From assembly GCA_030390025.1 (NCBI GenBank), contig CM059430.1, forward strand, positions 52,080,001 through 52,144,000: a stretch of DNA of 64,000 nucleotides, in the 5' to 3' direction. A program made the translations under genes and the position numbers. Within the stretch, counting starts at the first letter, position 1. Every line of letters starts with the position of its first letter. The notes under the pieces were generated by a model. The model saw nothing but the letters and a program-made list of their open reading frames with translations, made no database searches and was not told the origin of the DNA. The stretch comes from Squalus acanthias (taxonomy: Eukaryota). This document shows, piece after piece, positions 25,392-38,519 of this stretch.

Positions 25392-27877
25392 GAGAGGGGT
25401 TAGAATGTGGAACTCGTTACCACAAGAAGTAGTTGAGGTGACTAGCATAGATGCTTTTAAGGGGAGAAAGGAATAGAGAATATGTTGATGGGGTTAGAAG
25501 AAGGGTGGCTCGTGTGGAGCATGGACCTGAAGTCGGCTGACAGGAGACATACGTATGGTAAGGAGAGACACGCTTGCTTAGCTTTCCCCTATTCTTAAAG
25601 TTGGGTGGCTTCAGTATTTCCCTAAGAATTGTGCGTAAAACGGTGTCACTGCAGACTAACGGTTCTTGTGTAAAGGCCGAATTCAAGATTATTTTTTTTT
25701 AATGAGTGAGAACAAACAAAACAGTGGATTAGAGCAGACCTGTTAGCCCTCAATTGCACCTTCTACTCACAACGGAATGATAAAAAGCTACTAACTCAGG
25801 CGGCCTAAAAATGTGAGTGAATGGTGTTCGGAGAGGAGTGAGAGAAGATTATTCTAAGGAGAGAGTGAGTGGGATTCCAAGATGAGAACTGAAGTAACTC
25901 GGAGGAACAGCACAGAAATGACGAGAAGGGGGGAATACAGTGAAACGTCTGAGTAAATCAGTGGGGGTTTAGCCCCATTGAAAACCGATTAATCAGTGGC
26001 TTGCAATTATGAAAGGAGCTCTGTACTGTTACAATCCCAGAGAAATGACCCTTCAGTTCAGATAAATGCACACAGCTACTTTCCCAAAAAAAACATTACC
26101 CTTGGATTAGGATTAATATACATTTAGGGAGAATGGAGTTACATATTGGAATTCTATGCTGGACTTGGATTTATTGAAAGGCACAGTTTATTTAAATCAA
26201 TCTGTATTTACTCTGTAAAATACAACTGCATTTAAAATCATCTCCATTAATTTAATTTTCAAACACATTGTGTTGTCAAGAATGAGTGACGACCAGAACT
26301 CTCTCAGTCAGCCTTCTAGCTAAGCACCCAAAACAAAACTGGATTTGATATCATAAAAGCTACTGGGGTATGGTGTTCTGACTGTTTATTTTTCCAAAAA
26401 GGTGCTAGCTTCTACGACACTCCAGAATATGGAGGCAAGTTTACAATCTGTATCTGAACGGGTTTTAAGACCAGCTCAATTGAAATGCTGCTCCCAATAC
26501 AGTAAAGAAATTAATAAAGGGTGATACTGTTAAACCACTCACAAATAATGTAGCGGCAAACTGTAGATAAAAGAATAGATTGAACCCGAGGACTGAATTT
26601 ATTGCTTGTTTATCTGTGAACGATGTTTAATTGGTCCATTTAAAAAAACATACCATACCCCAGCAGCTTCTATGAAATATTGAAATCAAATCCAGGTTTT
26701 GTTTGGGTGCTCAGATAGGAGATTGAATGTTGACATGTTGACAACAGGATACATTTGAAAATAAAGTGCATGGAGACTATTTACATAATAACAGTGACTA
26801 CACTTCAAAATCAACTCATTGATGGCAAGTACTTAAGGATGTTCCAGGAGATGTAATGAGGTGTTATTCAAATGCAAGTTCTTTCTGTCATACGGCATTC
26901 CACAATACACACAGATCAAGTTTTCAAAAACAGGTGTATTCATGTATATGAGGAAAAATCAGTGTGGTTGGTAGGACTTTTGGCCATTCCATTTACTCAC
27001 CCACAGTTGATGCACAATTTCAACCAGGTCATCAGGAGGACACACCAAGTTACAGTAAGATTTTCCCCACAAGGTCACATTAGTTAGTCTGGATTACTTT
27101 GTTTCACCTCAATTTTCAGGAACAACATAAGCCCATTAGGCTCAACTAGACTATCTATCTTTACAAAGTGACCAACTCTCTTGCACTCGGCAGGAATTTG
27201 TGCTCAGAAATCCCAGTCGTCATGTGGTTTTAATAGAGGGCTTTCGCTGCCACAATGAATGCTGGGATAGTCCCACCTCCATAACATGCACTCATTTTCC
27301 AGATGAGAAAAAGCAACAGAAAACTCTATTAGCAGCACTCACACCCATAGACGGTTGGGCTTTGAAGAAAGCAGAAGGAAAACAAATGAAAAAGGCCAGG
27401 GAAAAAAGGAGAGCGCGCGATTGAGACCATTATTGCCATGTTTCTACTGCACTGAAGGCAGTATTGGTCCTATTTTCACAGCAACCCAAAAGAGAGCCAA
27501 TACTCTCACTACGTGCTTGCGTTGCTATGATGTTGGGGAAAACATGGCTCCACATACGGCAATTAAAAACATGCAAGAACACTGCTGGCTGGCCTTCTAC
27601 TCCGAAAGTGATTTTTAATGTTTGAAACTATGAACAAGATAGTCAGTCTACCAGGGGTTGCGTAAACTTTAAAACCTGACTTTTATTGGAGGGGCTTTGC
27701 AATGCCTGCTTTTATACTTCAACCAATTGCCACCCTGCCCAGTGCGAGACCACCTGATTGGCTGAAAGTGCTTCTTTGTGTAGTTACCAGGAGATGCGAT
27801 TTAAGTCGGCCTGCACAAAGCAGTTTTACATCAGCAGTAGTAGGGCTGCAAATTCAGAGGAGAGTAGAAACAGACAC

Positions 27878-27937
27878 CTGCAGTGTTAGTATTGTAGTGG
27901 TATTTATATATAGACCACTACAATACCAACACTGCAG
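27878..27937. repeat. 60-nt inverted repeat (24-bp arms, 12-nt loop)
   Basis: ctgcagtgttagtattgtagtggt - atttatatatag - accactacaataccaacactgcag, with one mismatch between arms. Confidence 0.9.
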
Positions 27938-28395
27938 ATTTACAGCTATTACAGCTGAAAGCAGCAAGGCGTAAAAGACAGCTCTCACTACAGAACTGCC
28001 AGGCTGCCTGTGTCACACCACTACCACCCCCATCTATATTTATAAACCTACACAATTAAACGTGTTTACAGAGCAACACCCCCCCCAAACACACAATCTG
28101 GCAACTTTCTCCAGCATTTGCCTCAACAAGGTTTGTTACCTTGTTCAGCTTCTGGTGAAATGCTTATGGAAGATCTGACTAGCATGCACTGACAGTTTTA
28201 CAAGGATACTATATGGAGGAATATTTTGCTCGATCTTGAATTTGGGGCACTTTCGATGAAATTAATTACTCCTACACTCTTCAGAATGAAGTGCAGAGTT
28301 AGATCACATTACCTGCCACAGTGCTCATCCCTCCATGGGATGCATTTCCATTATGCTCCCACCCCACCCCGCCCAACTCGGATTTACTCCTATTA

Positions 28396-28775
28396 CAGGA
28401 AACTCTTTATTAACCAGCACCGACGGGACCGGCGTGGTGCCGATTTATCAAAAGTACCGGATAACGGAGAGTTATATCTACCGAGGCTATTTTTAACAAA
28501 GAAAAATAAATAAATCAAGAAATGTGCAGTATACAGTATTTGGGCACTTTTGAAAACTACCCCTACTGACTAAATCGGCGTTCGCGGACTCGGACTCGGG
28601 ATCGGCAACATTGCCGGTTATTTGAGAGGAGTTTTCGGAGTACTCGGCGTTCGCGGAGACTCGACTGCGACTCGGCAACATTGCCGGTTATTTGAGAGGA
28701 GTTTTCGGAGGATGATTTTTGCCGGTTAAGCGAGAATTCCGGATATTTGGGTGCCGGATAAACAAAAGTTTCCTG
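28396..28775. mobile_element. Tc1/mariner-pogo (Tigger-like) MITE with an internal ~69-bp tandem duplication
   Basis: 26-bp imperfect TIRs starting CAGGAAACT, TA TSD on both sides, duplicated unit at 28575-28710. Confidence 0.85.
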
Positions 28776-30000
28776 TATCGCCTCAGGGCATCGACTCGCC
28801 CTCGGGGCATCGTTCCTACATGCACTGGACATCCTCTGGCAACTCATCCAAGTGGCCATTTTTCTTTGAAATCCATAAACAGTGAGTGCTAGGCTCTTTA
28901 ACCACGGAGGGCAGCAGAGCCAAACCCGTTTCCGTCTCCTCCCAACATCTACACTTGTGCATTTTCAAGCAGTGGGCACTGGATTCCAATCAGGAGTGGG
29001 AACCCCGGCTGGTTTTGCTCCCTTTTGGCACAGTTGCCTAATAGCAGTGACCCCACTGCCATCCTAATTTACTCGTTACAGATTAGGAGATTCAACTGGG
29101 ACCTTTCTGGCCTGCGTGGCTGAACTCCACGCTCGGCAGTACACTTACCAACTGAGCCATCGTGGGTGGGTGGGGGGACATTTTTAATCGTTCACACAGT
29201 AGCAACCCGGCAATAGCAGATTTTCCAAACATGGGGCCAGCTGGACTGGCCATCTCCTTGTCTGCCAGCACTCTCCAGATGGCTCCCACACAGACACCCC
29301 TCCATCACGCGTGTGATCTCCTCAGTCGCAACTCCCGAGAAAAGCTTTCATCTCTTGCTTCAGTACAAGTGCTGCACTGGACCAACGCGGCTTTCAGATC
29401 CAGTCTTTGGAGTACGGCCGACCTCTGTAGCGAGCTGCCTGTGGGCTTGGCGAGTGTGGGAGTCGCTGTGAACATTCAAAAAGGAAGCTGGACGGGTTCT
29501 TGCGAGTGGAAGATGTCCTGAGTTACAGGAGGTGGCTGGGCTGTGGCTTCAGTCATCGTGGTCTCCTGGGGCTCGTTCGATTGCTTGGACCAGAATTTTC
29601 ACTGTCCGACGCGCTGGGAGTGGGGGGAGCCCTTTAGCACGTGGGGAACCCGGAAGTTTCAGCAGCGCGTTTGTCAGTGGCTTTTTAAACAAAGCCCCTG
29701 CATTAGCATCTGACTTCCGGGTTTCCCGACCAATTAGCGCGAGCGGGCGTGATGACTGCACGGATGAGTCTATTTAAAGGGACCCTGCGAAGATGAAAGT
29801 TGAAGGATTGTCCAGGTGGGGGAACAAGAGGAAGAAACTGCATTAATGGAATCTCAACATGGCAAGGCTGCACCTCGCTTAAATGACGCCTCCCTAGAGC
29901 TGATGCTGCATTCTGTAAGGGCCTGCAGGGAGATTCTCTTCCCAAGCAGACTCCAGCTCATCGCTCCTCATACGTACTTACCTTACAGGTACACTCATTC

Positions 30001-30900
30001 CTATCTGTCCAGGCACCTAAAGCGCATCTTCAGCATTCCGATTGCTTGCTCGATGACAGTTCTCGTGGTCATGTGGCTTTGATTGTATCTCGCCTGGGCC
30101 TCATTGTTTAGGCTCCTAATGGGTGCCATCAGCCACGTCTTCAGGGTGTAGCCCTCGTCTCCAAGGAACCAGCCGCTAACTCTGCTTCGAGGTCCAAAGA
30201 GCTCTGGGAGGGTGGACTGGTGCAGGATGAAAGCATCATGGCAGCTGCTTGGGAATCTTGCACACACCTGCATGATGATCTTTTTGTAGTTGCATATGAG
30301 CTGAACATTAATGGAGTGGAAGCCCTTGAGGCTGATGAAGACTCCAGGGTGATCTGGGGGCGCCTTGATTGCCACATGTGTGCAATCGAGGACTCCCTGG
30401 ACTTGTGGGAGTGGGTGCAAAGCCAAGCGCCCGCTCATTCTGACTGGCCTCATTGGGTGCAAAGCGCGCATAGCTGCTGGCCCTGGCAAGCATGGCATCG
30501 ATCACCTTAGTGATGCATCTGTGGGCAGCAGATTGCAAGATTCTTCAGATGTCTCCTGCAGATCCCTGGAAGGAGCCAGAGGCAAGGAAATTGAGGGCGG
30601 TGGTGACTTTAACAGCCACTGGCAAAGCGTGCCCACCAGGTCCACTTGGCAGGAGGTCTTTTTCCAGCAGGCTGCAAATGTCTGCAACCACCTGATGCGA
30701 TATCCTGAGCCACTGGTGTTCCGACATGTCCAGGAAGCTGATCCTCTGCCTGTATACCCGGTGTTGGGGGTATCGCCTGCAGCGAGCTGCTCCCCTGTGC
30801 TCATCCCCTCTCTCCTGTAGAGTGGCAGGTCGGTGAGGAGAAGGCTGCTGTTGCTGCTCATCTTGGTCCTCATCTGAGGGCCAAGGTAAAGCTGCACCCG
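30001..30900 (-). pseudogene. Frameshifted Harbinger (HARBI1-like, DDE_Tnp_4) transposase inside the transposon
   Basis: [57 protein letters not shown] and YNQSHMTTRTVIEQAIGMLKMRFRCL, split over frames and 3'-truncated. Confidence 0.9.
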
Positions 30901-31368
30901 TGCTGAACTGATGCTCGACGGATGGAAAGTGTCGATCAGACTCACAAAAATCCAAGGTAGCAGAAATGACCTCCAAAGTAGTGGAAGTCAGCTGCAAGGT
31001 AGTGAAAGCTCACTCTCCAAAGCCTTTCACTTAGGCAAGGAAGTATGGTGTCCAGTCTGAGTACTTATAGGATTGTTTGCCTGTCATCAGGTCAGCCCCC
31101 TCAATTTGTGCTGTTATCTCGCCTTGCTTTCACTGGTGAGTACCAGGAGGCTCGCGAAACTGCAGAGTTAAAGCTCAAGTCTACAGTTAAAACAGCTCCT
31201 AATTGCCTCATAACATCTTTCAATTGCCAACCCGCATGTCCCATGGGGATTTCTCACACGCAGCCAAAAGCGCTGCAGTTAAAAGCGGAAGTCGGCAGGT
31301 TCGAGCTGGCTTCCCAACCCGCTGTCAGTTTCACCCCTTTTAAGCGCCCGCCCGCTCCCAAACACATT

Positions 31369-32043
31369 GGGCTGGATTTTGATACTGGGGCGGGTTGGGG
31401 GCCTGTCATCCACTTTTCGTGTTATCCACCCGACTGCAATTGGATGTGGGAGATTGATGCGATTTTCACCTAATTGGGCAATTGAGTTCCAGCATGTGGG
31501 AACCCATGAACCAATTAGTGTTTTCAGTCTGAAAGTCGCCTCTGATGATGTCATCATTGCAGCTGCATTGAATGTCTGCAAAGACTGCCTGGCCTTTGCT
31601 GTGAGAGGACCTGGATGCAAAATGAGCAGCAGCAGCCCCAAGTCTGCTCCCAGATATTTTTGCACCACCATTCCCAGATATGTCTCCTCTTCATTCATTC
31701 ACTCACTCACTCACCCACTCACTGATAGTCAGCTATCCAAATGTGCTCCCGCCAGGTTTCACATTCGTGGTTCAGAACAGGCGTGCTTCACGTAGAAAAA
31801 GGGTTAAAATCACAAAGGCCTTTCAAAATGGCATTATTGAGGCAATTTAGTGCTGGTTAAGGGCCTTAACAGCCTATCCCGCCTCTTAGAGGCGGGACGG
31901 AGTCGGGACCAGCAGACACGATTTCATGAAAATTGCGTGGAGGCGGGATGGAGGCGGGCTTGTGCCCGCCCGCCAGTTTTCGCAATTTTAACCCCCCCAC
32001 ACGCCTCCAAACCCGCCTCCACGGGTCAATGAAAATCCAGCCC
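31369..32043. mobile_element. Harbinger-type MITE nested in the end of the 29587 element
   Basis: TIRs GGGCTGGATTTT and AAAATCCAGCCC with TSD ATT. Confidence 0.9.
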
Positions 32044-32104
32044 ATTCACTTTTTTAGGTAAAAATTCCCCCTTTGTTTTTCCTAAATTGACCCAAGGTTT
32101 TTTT

Positions 32105-32220
32105 GCTGAGTTCTGAGGAAGTGTCTATACCCGAAGTCAATTTTTGTTCTCTCCACAGGTGCTGACTGACCTGTTGAGTGTTTTCTGTTTTTGTTGTAGA
32201 TTTCCAGCATCTGCAGGATG
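32105..32220 (+). mobile_element. Degenerate Penelope-like pseudo-LTR
   Basis: AGTTCTGAGGAAG...TTCTCTCCACAGGTGCTG...TTTCCAGCATCTGCAG resembles 55461-55560 and 50197-50288. Confidence 0.65.
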
Positions 32221-32351
32221 TTGCTTGAGCTGTTTTCTTGTCCCTCCCAGGAGTCTACGTGACTGCAGAGGGGGGTTAATGGTGTAAGTTGCACCATGTA
32301 TAGACGGCACAGGCTTGATGGATCAGTTGACCTTTTCACTGTCTATTTTTT

Positions 32352-32811
32352 CCATGGTTCAGTTGGTAGCACTCTCGCCTCTGAGTCAGAAGGTTGTGTG
32401 TTCAAGTCCCGCTCCAGTGACTTGAGCACAAAAGTCTAGGCTGACACGCCAATGCAGTACTGAAGGAGTGCTGCACTGTTGGAGGTGCCGTCTTTCGGAT
32501 GAGACGTTAAACCGAGGCCCCGTTTCCTCTCTCAGGTGGACGTAAGAAATTCCATGGCACTGTATCGAAGAAGAGCAGGGGAGTTATCCCCAGTGTCCTG
32601 GCCAATATTTATCCCTCAATCAACATCACTAAAACATATTATCTGGTCATTATCACATTGCTGTTTGTGGGAGCTTGCTGTGCGTAAATTGGCTGCCGCG
32701 TTTCCTACAGTACAACAGTAACTACACGCCAAAAGTACTTAATTGGCTGTAAAGCGCTTTGGGGTGGCTGGTGGTCATGAAAGGCATGATATAAATGCAA
32801 GTCTTTCTTTC
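32352..32811 (+). mobile_element. Deu-domain SINE (SacSINE1-like), near full length
   Basis: tRNA head, Deu domain GAGGTGCCGTCTTTCGGATGAGACGTTAAACCGAGG, L2-like tail. Confidence 0.9.
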
Positions 32812-33579
32812 ATATCTATGTATATTTTGATTAAAAAACAGTTCGGTGCTGCAAATGGATTAATACACTGTCCTCATATTCTCAGATGGTGCATTATAAC
32901 CTTAACCTGTAGTGTACACCAATTTACAGAGCACAAGCTCCCTTGATCAACATGCACTTGAACAATTCTACTGTGTGCGTTAAACAAATCGTTTGTTTGG
33001 GGGAAAAGCAATAAGCAAACAAACAAAAAGCTACAGCCCCCATATAAAAATTAACATTTACACAAAATGCAAACTGCGTGTTTCTGCAAAATTAGCTTAG
33101 GCTGTAATTTTATCAGGGCAAAACATAGTCAGTCACTGGTGCCAGTTTTGTTGACCTCTACCCAGTGATTCCATGCTCAGTGTAAATGCAAAAATATGGT
33201 GGCGAGATGCCAGCTACCAGTTACACCACAGCTGGCACAACAGGAGGCCGTGCCTAAACTATTCTTTTCTGCTGTCACACGCATGTTTGGGATGCAAAGG
33301 CTCATTATGGTACCGGATTTTGGATTGGTGCCACTACACATAAGCACTAAAGAAAAAAGTATCATAAAATGAATGTACCATAAAATAACAATGGTGATAG
33401 TAAAACACCCAATTGCTACATTTGTTGAAGCTTCCCTGCAGAGCTCCGGGTTAAGGGTTATGGCAGACACAACAGGCTCAGGGTGCTCAGACTGTACTGC
33501 ACAAAAAAAATTCAAAGGGAAACTGGACTCTAAAAAGGGAACAAACAAAAAATAATGTATCGCTCACACACACACACCT

Positions 33580-33930
33580 AAGGGAGCGCTGCACTGTCAG
33601 AGGTGCAGTCCTTCAGATAAGACGTAAAACCAAAGCCCCGTCTGCCCTCTCAGGTGGACGTAAAAGGTCTCATGGCACTATTTTGAAAAAGAGCTGGGAG
33701 TTCTCCCCAGCGTCCTGGCCAACATTTATCCTTCAACCAACATCACCAAAACAGTTTAATTCGATATATATCTCATTGCCGTTTGTGGGAGCTTGCAGTG
33801 TGTAAATTGGCTGCCGTGTTTTCTACATTACAACAGTGACTACACTTTAAAAGTACTTCATTGGCTGTGAAGTGCTTTGGGATGTACTGAGGTCATTAAA
33901 GGTGCTATATAAATGCAAGTTCTTTCTTTC
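33580..33930 (+). mobile_element. Deu-domain SINE, 5'-truncated
   Basis: Deu domain and tail homologous to the 60644 copy. Confidence 0.85.
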
Positions 33931-35454
33931 ATTGGCTGAATATAATTGACAACCCTGCCCTATGCTCCTCTTAAACAAAACTAAAGAAATCAATAAACTG
34001 AATAGTGAAATGCACCAGAATGATATTTTTTGCAAAACAAAATTCTGAATTTTCCAAAGGATGTATACATGTCTAAGGAGCGTACCAGAGGGTCTACGGT
34101 GTCTAAACAATCAACTCCTTCAGTGCTCCATCAACAAAGTCTGACATGTGGGGCCCACGGAACAGCTTTTGCAGGGGGCCTCCAAACCTACTGAGCCAGC
34201 CCTGTTTCTGCTGTGTTTTTAACCTACCTAGTGTTTAAAGAATGAGAGATTTACACTGACTAGACCTTAGCTGGTAGGTTATCTACATTACACTTCAAAA
34301 AACTACTTAATTGGCTGTAAAGCGCTTTGGGACATCCCGAGGTCATGAAAGGTGCTATATAAATGCAAGTTTTCTCATCTCGAAAGAGAGTAGCAGTACT
34401 GAGGCTCAGGATGTGGACTTCAAAACAATGTACTTCGAAGAAAATAACCTTTTACTGTTTTACACTTGGGGCCATCCATCATTTCCATCAGAGTACAGGA
34501 TTGCTCACTGACTCTTAAAGGCATGCAGTAAATTCTATAAATGCATATCAAACACTAACCCCTCGTCCAAAGCACATTTTTGGAAATGATGGATGTTCCC
34601 TCAACAAATATGGTTTTCACAGGAATCTGTGAAATGTGGGCAATCCTATATTCCAAAACTCTATAGGTAGAAAGATTTCAGGTCAGTGTAGTGACATTTT
34701 AGTAAAAAAAAACAAAATCGTAAACAAAGTGGGTGGAGCTGCCCTTTAAGGCTTCGTGACAAATATCCCCTTTATTTAACCAAACCGCTTCATGAAGTGG
34801 TCCTGCCGGTGTTATGGACCCTTTATATTTACATACTGTAGGGCAGATCACAGCGCAATACAATAAGGTAAAGGGCACAAAGCAGCAGATCCTCATATTT
34901 GTCATCACGCTACCGTTTCCCCTGATGTTTAGTGGTTAAAGCTACCGAGCTGAAAAGGAAAAGAAACAAAACCAGTGACCTTTGTGTGATTACAGCGCTG
35001 ACCTCTCATCACGCAGAGTCCAAATCCCCAACACACAGAGTTGAGCAACTGAGCAAATTACAAGCCCACACAGCTCATCTCCACTTTGATGGTTTGAATA
35101 TTTCCAGAACCCATGGCACTGAATCAATTAGCACCGACTGAAAGAATCTGCCCCTTTTTTGCATTTAAGGGAAGACGAAGAAGGCTGTAATAGTTTGCAC
35201 CATTCTCTTATAGCCTGGTTCCAGCGTGAGTGCTTAGGGCTTAGAATGTGTGGACTTTGAACATTCTCTTCATAAAAAGGAGAAACAGTTCCAGTAATGA
35301 GAGTGTGACATGATCTTCATGAAATATCAGAGCGGTTCAAATAAACTGATGCCCTTCCAGCTACAAGTAACATTTTTAATTGTAAACACACCTGATGCAT
35401 GCCAGTGAAATAGAGAATAGGAAAATATAGAACCAAATAAAATGCAAGAAAACA

Positions 35455-35900
35455 AAGAAGTTGTAATTATATAGCACCTTTTTTGACCTCAGGATATCCC
35501 CAAGCACTTTATGCAGCCAATGAAGTGCTAGTCACTGTTGTAATGTTGGGAAACAGGGCAAGTCAATTTGCGCACAGCAAGCTGCCACAAACAGCAATGA
35601 GATAAATGACCAGATCATCTGTTTTAGTGATGTTGGAGGAGGAATAAATATTGGACAGAACACAGGGAGAAGTGCACGGCTCTTCAAATAGTGTCAGGAG
35701 ATCTTTTACATCCACCCGAGAGGTTCCATGGGGGACTCAATCTCACCGACCGGGAGCACCTCTGACAGTGCAGCATCCCCTCAGTACTGCACTGTGGTGT
35801 CAGCTTAGGGCATGTGCTCAGCTCTCCAGAGTGCGGCTGGAACCCAGAAACTCCTGACTCAAGAGACAAGAGTGCGTCCACTGAGCCAAGCCACACAGGC
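35455..35900 (-). mobile_element. Deu-domain SINE, diverged
   Basis: Reverse-complement head, Deu domain and tail. Confidence 0.8.
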
Positions 35901-37074
35901 CGTGGAGCATAAACTTGCAAACTACACAGAAATGGGACGCTGGTTTGGGAAATGGAATTGTTACATTTTCAGGTCCTGGGGCGATGTTTGCCTCAGAGCA
36001 CAGCGCCGCTATATATTTACCGGTTAGTAATCCAACAATCGAATGTCTACTCGTCAATAATCAAATGTAATCGCTATACATCACTTTAAAATAGTAAAAA
36101 CACACGGGAGACCCTCGGGGATCGATCACAGCGGCCCCGGAGTGAAGTACTTTCCTATCGTTACTTGCTCCCCAATGGAAACCAACTTGGGGTGGCGGAT
36201 CCATCCTGCTTTGTATCTCAACCTCAGGTTCACAGTTTAAACTGAGCAAGTGCACGGCCAAAAATGCGCTTTTTTTTTGCTTTCTAGAACATGATCTTTG
36301 CTAATATACAGGGAAGTGAATCTCTAACTAAAGGAAGGGTTGGCGCCACAGGCCGGTGCCAGCACTGATATCAGCCCCACGTTTTTAAACAAACTCCTGT
36401 TCCCAAAGTAACGTGAAACTGAGCGGCAAGAAATCTCCCGCTGAATTACTGAGCCTCCCGACCCCAACTGCGAGTTAAACTCAACCAACAGGAGGAGGGC
36501 TGGTCGTGATTAACCCCACTATACCCCCGTCAGATTGTACCGAGTGGTTTATTGGTATACTTCCATTTATTTGTAAGGATCGAGTTAGTGGGAGTCAGAT
36601 TCTAAATCACACGAACAATTCGCATATTCGGGAGTCAATCTGTGCGACCCCTGGCCTTTGAAAAGCACAGTACAGGTGTATGTCAGTGATATTCTTAACT
36701 CGACCATTAAGGTTTTCAAATCAAAGGCGGTTTTCACATGGCGAGCAGGCTAGTCAGGGAAACCAGTAACACACGCGACAGGGAATGTCCGGTGGACGAG
36801 ATTTAGAAACTGTATCTACTGGAAAGAACATTAAGTGGATCATCGCAAGTTAGAATTGCATTGTGCGAGTACCAAAGTACAGTTCTGGCCATATAGACAG
36901 CCCCGAGAGTCTATTGTATTAACCACATTTACACAGCCAGTGCCCTAACTAAACTGTCACCAAGAACAGAAACAAGAACACGAGAGTGAGATACAGAAGG
37001 AAATCAGCAACAGCGGTTCCCATTTTAACATTTCACTTGGCCAGACATCCAGTGCTGACTCCGCACCCACCTAC

Positions 37075-37400
37075 CTCCCGCAGCTCCGGTGAGTTCGCGC
37101 TCTCGAGATCTCCGTTAAATCCTATCGGTAAGAGGTTGTACGGTTCCCACACGGCAACAAAAGTTCGAGAAGTTGAATTGGTCACAAAAAAAAGACGCGC
37201 GGCTGAAACCCACACACGCGTCGAACTTGAAATTGATGAGGAATTGTCAGTTTCAGGTGCACCGGCTGCCAATCCGCTCAGACGTTGCTGCACTCGGTCA
37301 CCATTTCCTCCACTCACTGCTCAGTCACATCGCCAGCAAACTTCCGACCATCTTTTCTCCAACGGCAAGTGTGTGTGTGTGTGTAAAAACACACACGTTT
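37075..37400 (-). promoter_or_regulatory. Putative CPNE2 promoter and non-coding first exon
   Basis: Repeat-free, CpG-enriched region (about 36.0-38.4 kb) with a strong minus-strand donor GGAG|GTAGGT at 37075/37074 and an ETS-like CGGAAG near 37345. The ATG exon has its own acceptor, so an upstream exon is required. Confidence 0.55.
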
Positions 37401-38519
37401 CTGAGACTCCGCCTTGTTATTTTTTTTGGAGTGGAGGACGTGCTCGATTCTAACGGCGCCGAAGGAGCAATCCTGCTCTCCTGTGGCAACCGAACGGCAA
37501 TTGCTGCAGAGGGAGAGAAAGTTGGGCTTTTTCAGATGCTGCCTGTTTGTCAGTCACAAGCAACAGTGCAAAGGCACTGCACGCCGGCAATGACGGCGTT
37601 ACTGTTGCAAGTGGGGGTTTCAAGTCATCCCAATAAACACACTGCAATAGAACATTTTAATGTGGCTTTGCGCCAGGTGTCCCGCGTTGTGTTTGTCTTT
37701 TCTATTAACCCTGGGTTACCCGTGGCATTAACCCAAAAGAAAATCTTAACAAAAGTGCCCCCTTTTTAGAGGGGCACAACTGATAAAACCCAGATCATAA
37801 AAAGACAAAGGAAACTTATCAAATTAAATAATGTTATTTCCCTGGAGCCACGACACACTCGAGTCCTGGGGTGCCAACCAGGCGCGGAATCCGCCTTGTT
37901 TTGACAATCCACACACAAACAAACAGTTTCAACTGACTTAGCCCCTAAAACAAGACCGCCGCTTACGATGGGGCTAACATAGGACGCTGCCTCTATCGTG
38001 TGTATTGAGCACGTGTCTGTGTGCAGATAGAGCGAGAAGATTTAGGCGGAAGGTGAGCAGCGAGACTTATAATCAAGATTGCAAACAATGCATGTGTATG
38101 GATCTAAACAGGTTCATTTTAACCTGCCTGTCGCCCCCGAAGATTGAGTCCAGCACTATAATTGTGTCTGCACTAAACCTGACATACTTGTATTGACAAA
38201 ATGTGGCCAGGCTGGGCAATAAGGTTAGGAAAGCGATTGTCTCTCCAGGTCGCCTCGATATCTGTCAGGGTTGTTTGGGGGGTTCTCGGTACTGTCGGTA
38301 CTTAAGCGGGGCAGAATTTGGGAAGGATTCGCACCCCGTCTTTCCACTCGTACCCACACGGCCATTCCGACCGTTGTTCCACAGAGTACACAGAACAACC
38401 GCCGAGGGGAAATGCAGTCAATGTTTGATATGCAATATCTGCTTACAGTGTCACTTTCTGCAACCTGTTTCCCGAGAGAACAGGGAGTGGGATGGAGCGA
38501 ATTAAGTTAAACAAGTAAG

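Larger units (their letters stand above)
18540..25525 (+). mobile_element. Degenerate CR1 LINE interrupted by a Harbinger transposon (20120-23667) and an L2 (24043-25391)
   Basis: RT remnants ([38 protein letters not shown]) are collinear across both insertions. The CR1 3' UTR resumes at 25392. Confidence 0.88.
29587..32070. mobile_element. PIF/Harbinger transposon, internally deleted: start of the Myb gene on + and transposase on -; contains a nested MITE
   Basis: Terminal regions are homologous to the 20120 element. Probable TSD CTT. Myb start AAPRLNDASLELML at about 29850-29945. Confidence 0.88.

Noticed and set aside
28575-28710. CRISPR-like repeat-spacer pattern
   Set aside because: Only two adjacent units with no unique spacers, inside a eukaryotic MITE, and no cas genes.
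30001-30997. Domesticated HARBI1 gene
   Set aside because: Frameshifted, truncated, bounded by transposon ends and present as several decayed copies in the window.
36986-37769. Plus-strand ORFs of 155 and 198 aa
   Set aside because: No recognisable similarity, they cross a (TG)n microsatellite, and the region is better explained as a CpG-rich promoter.
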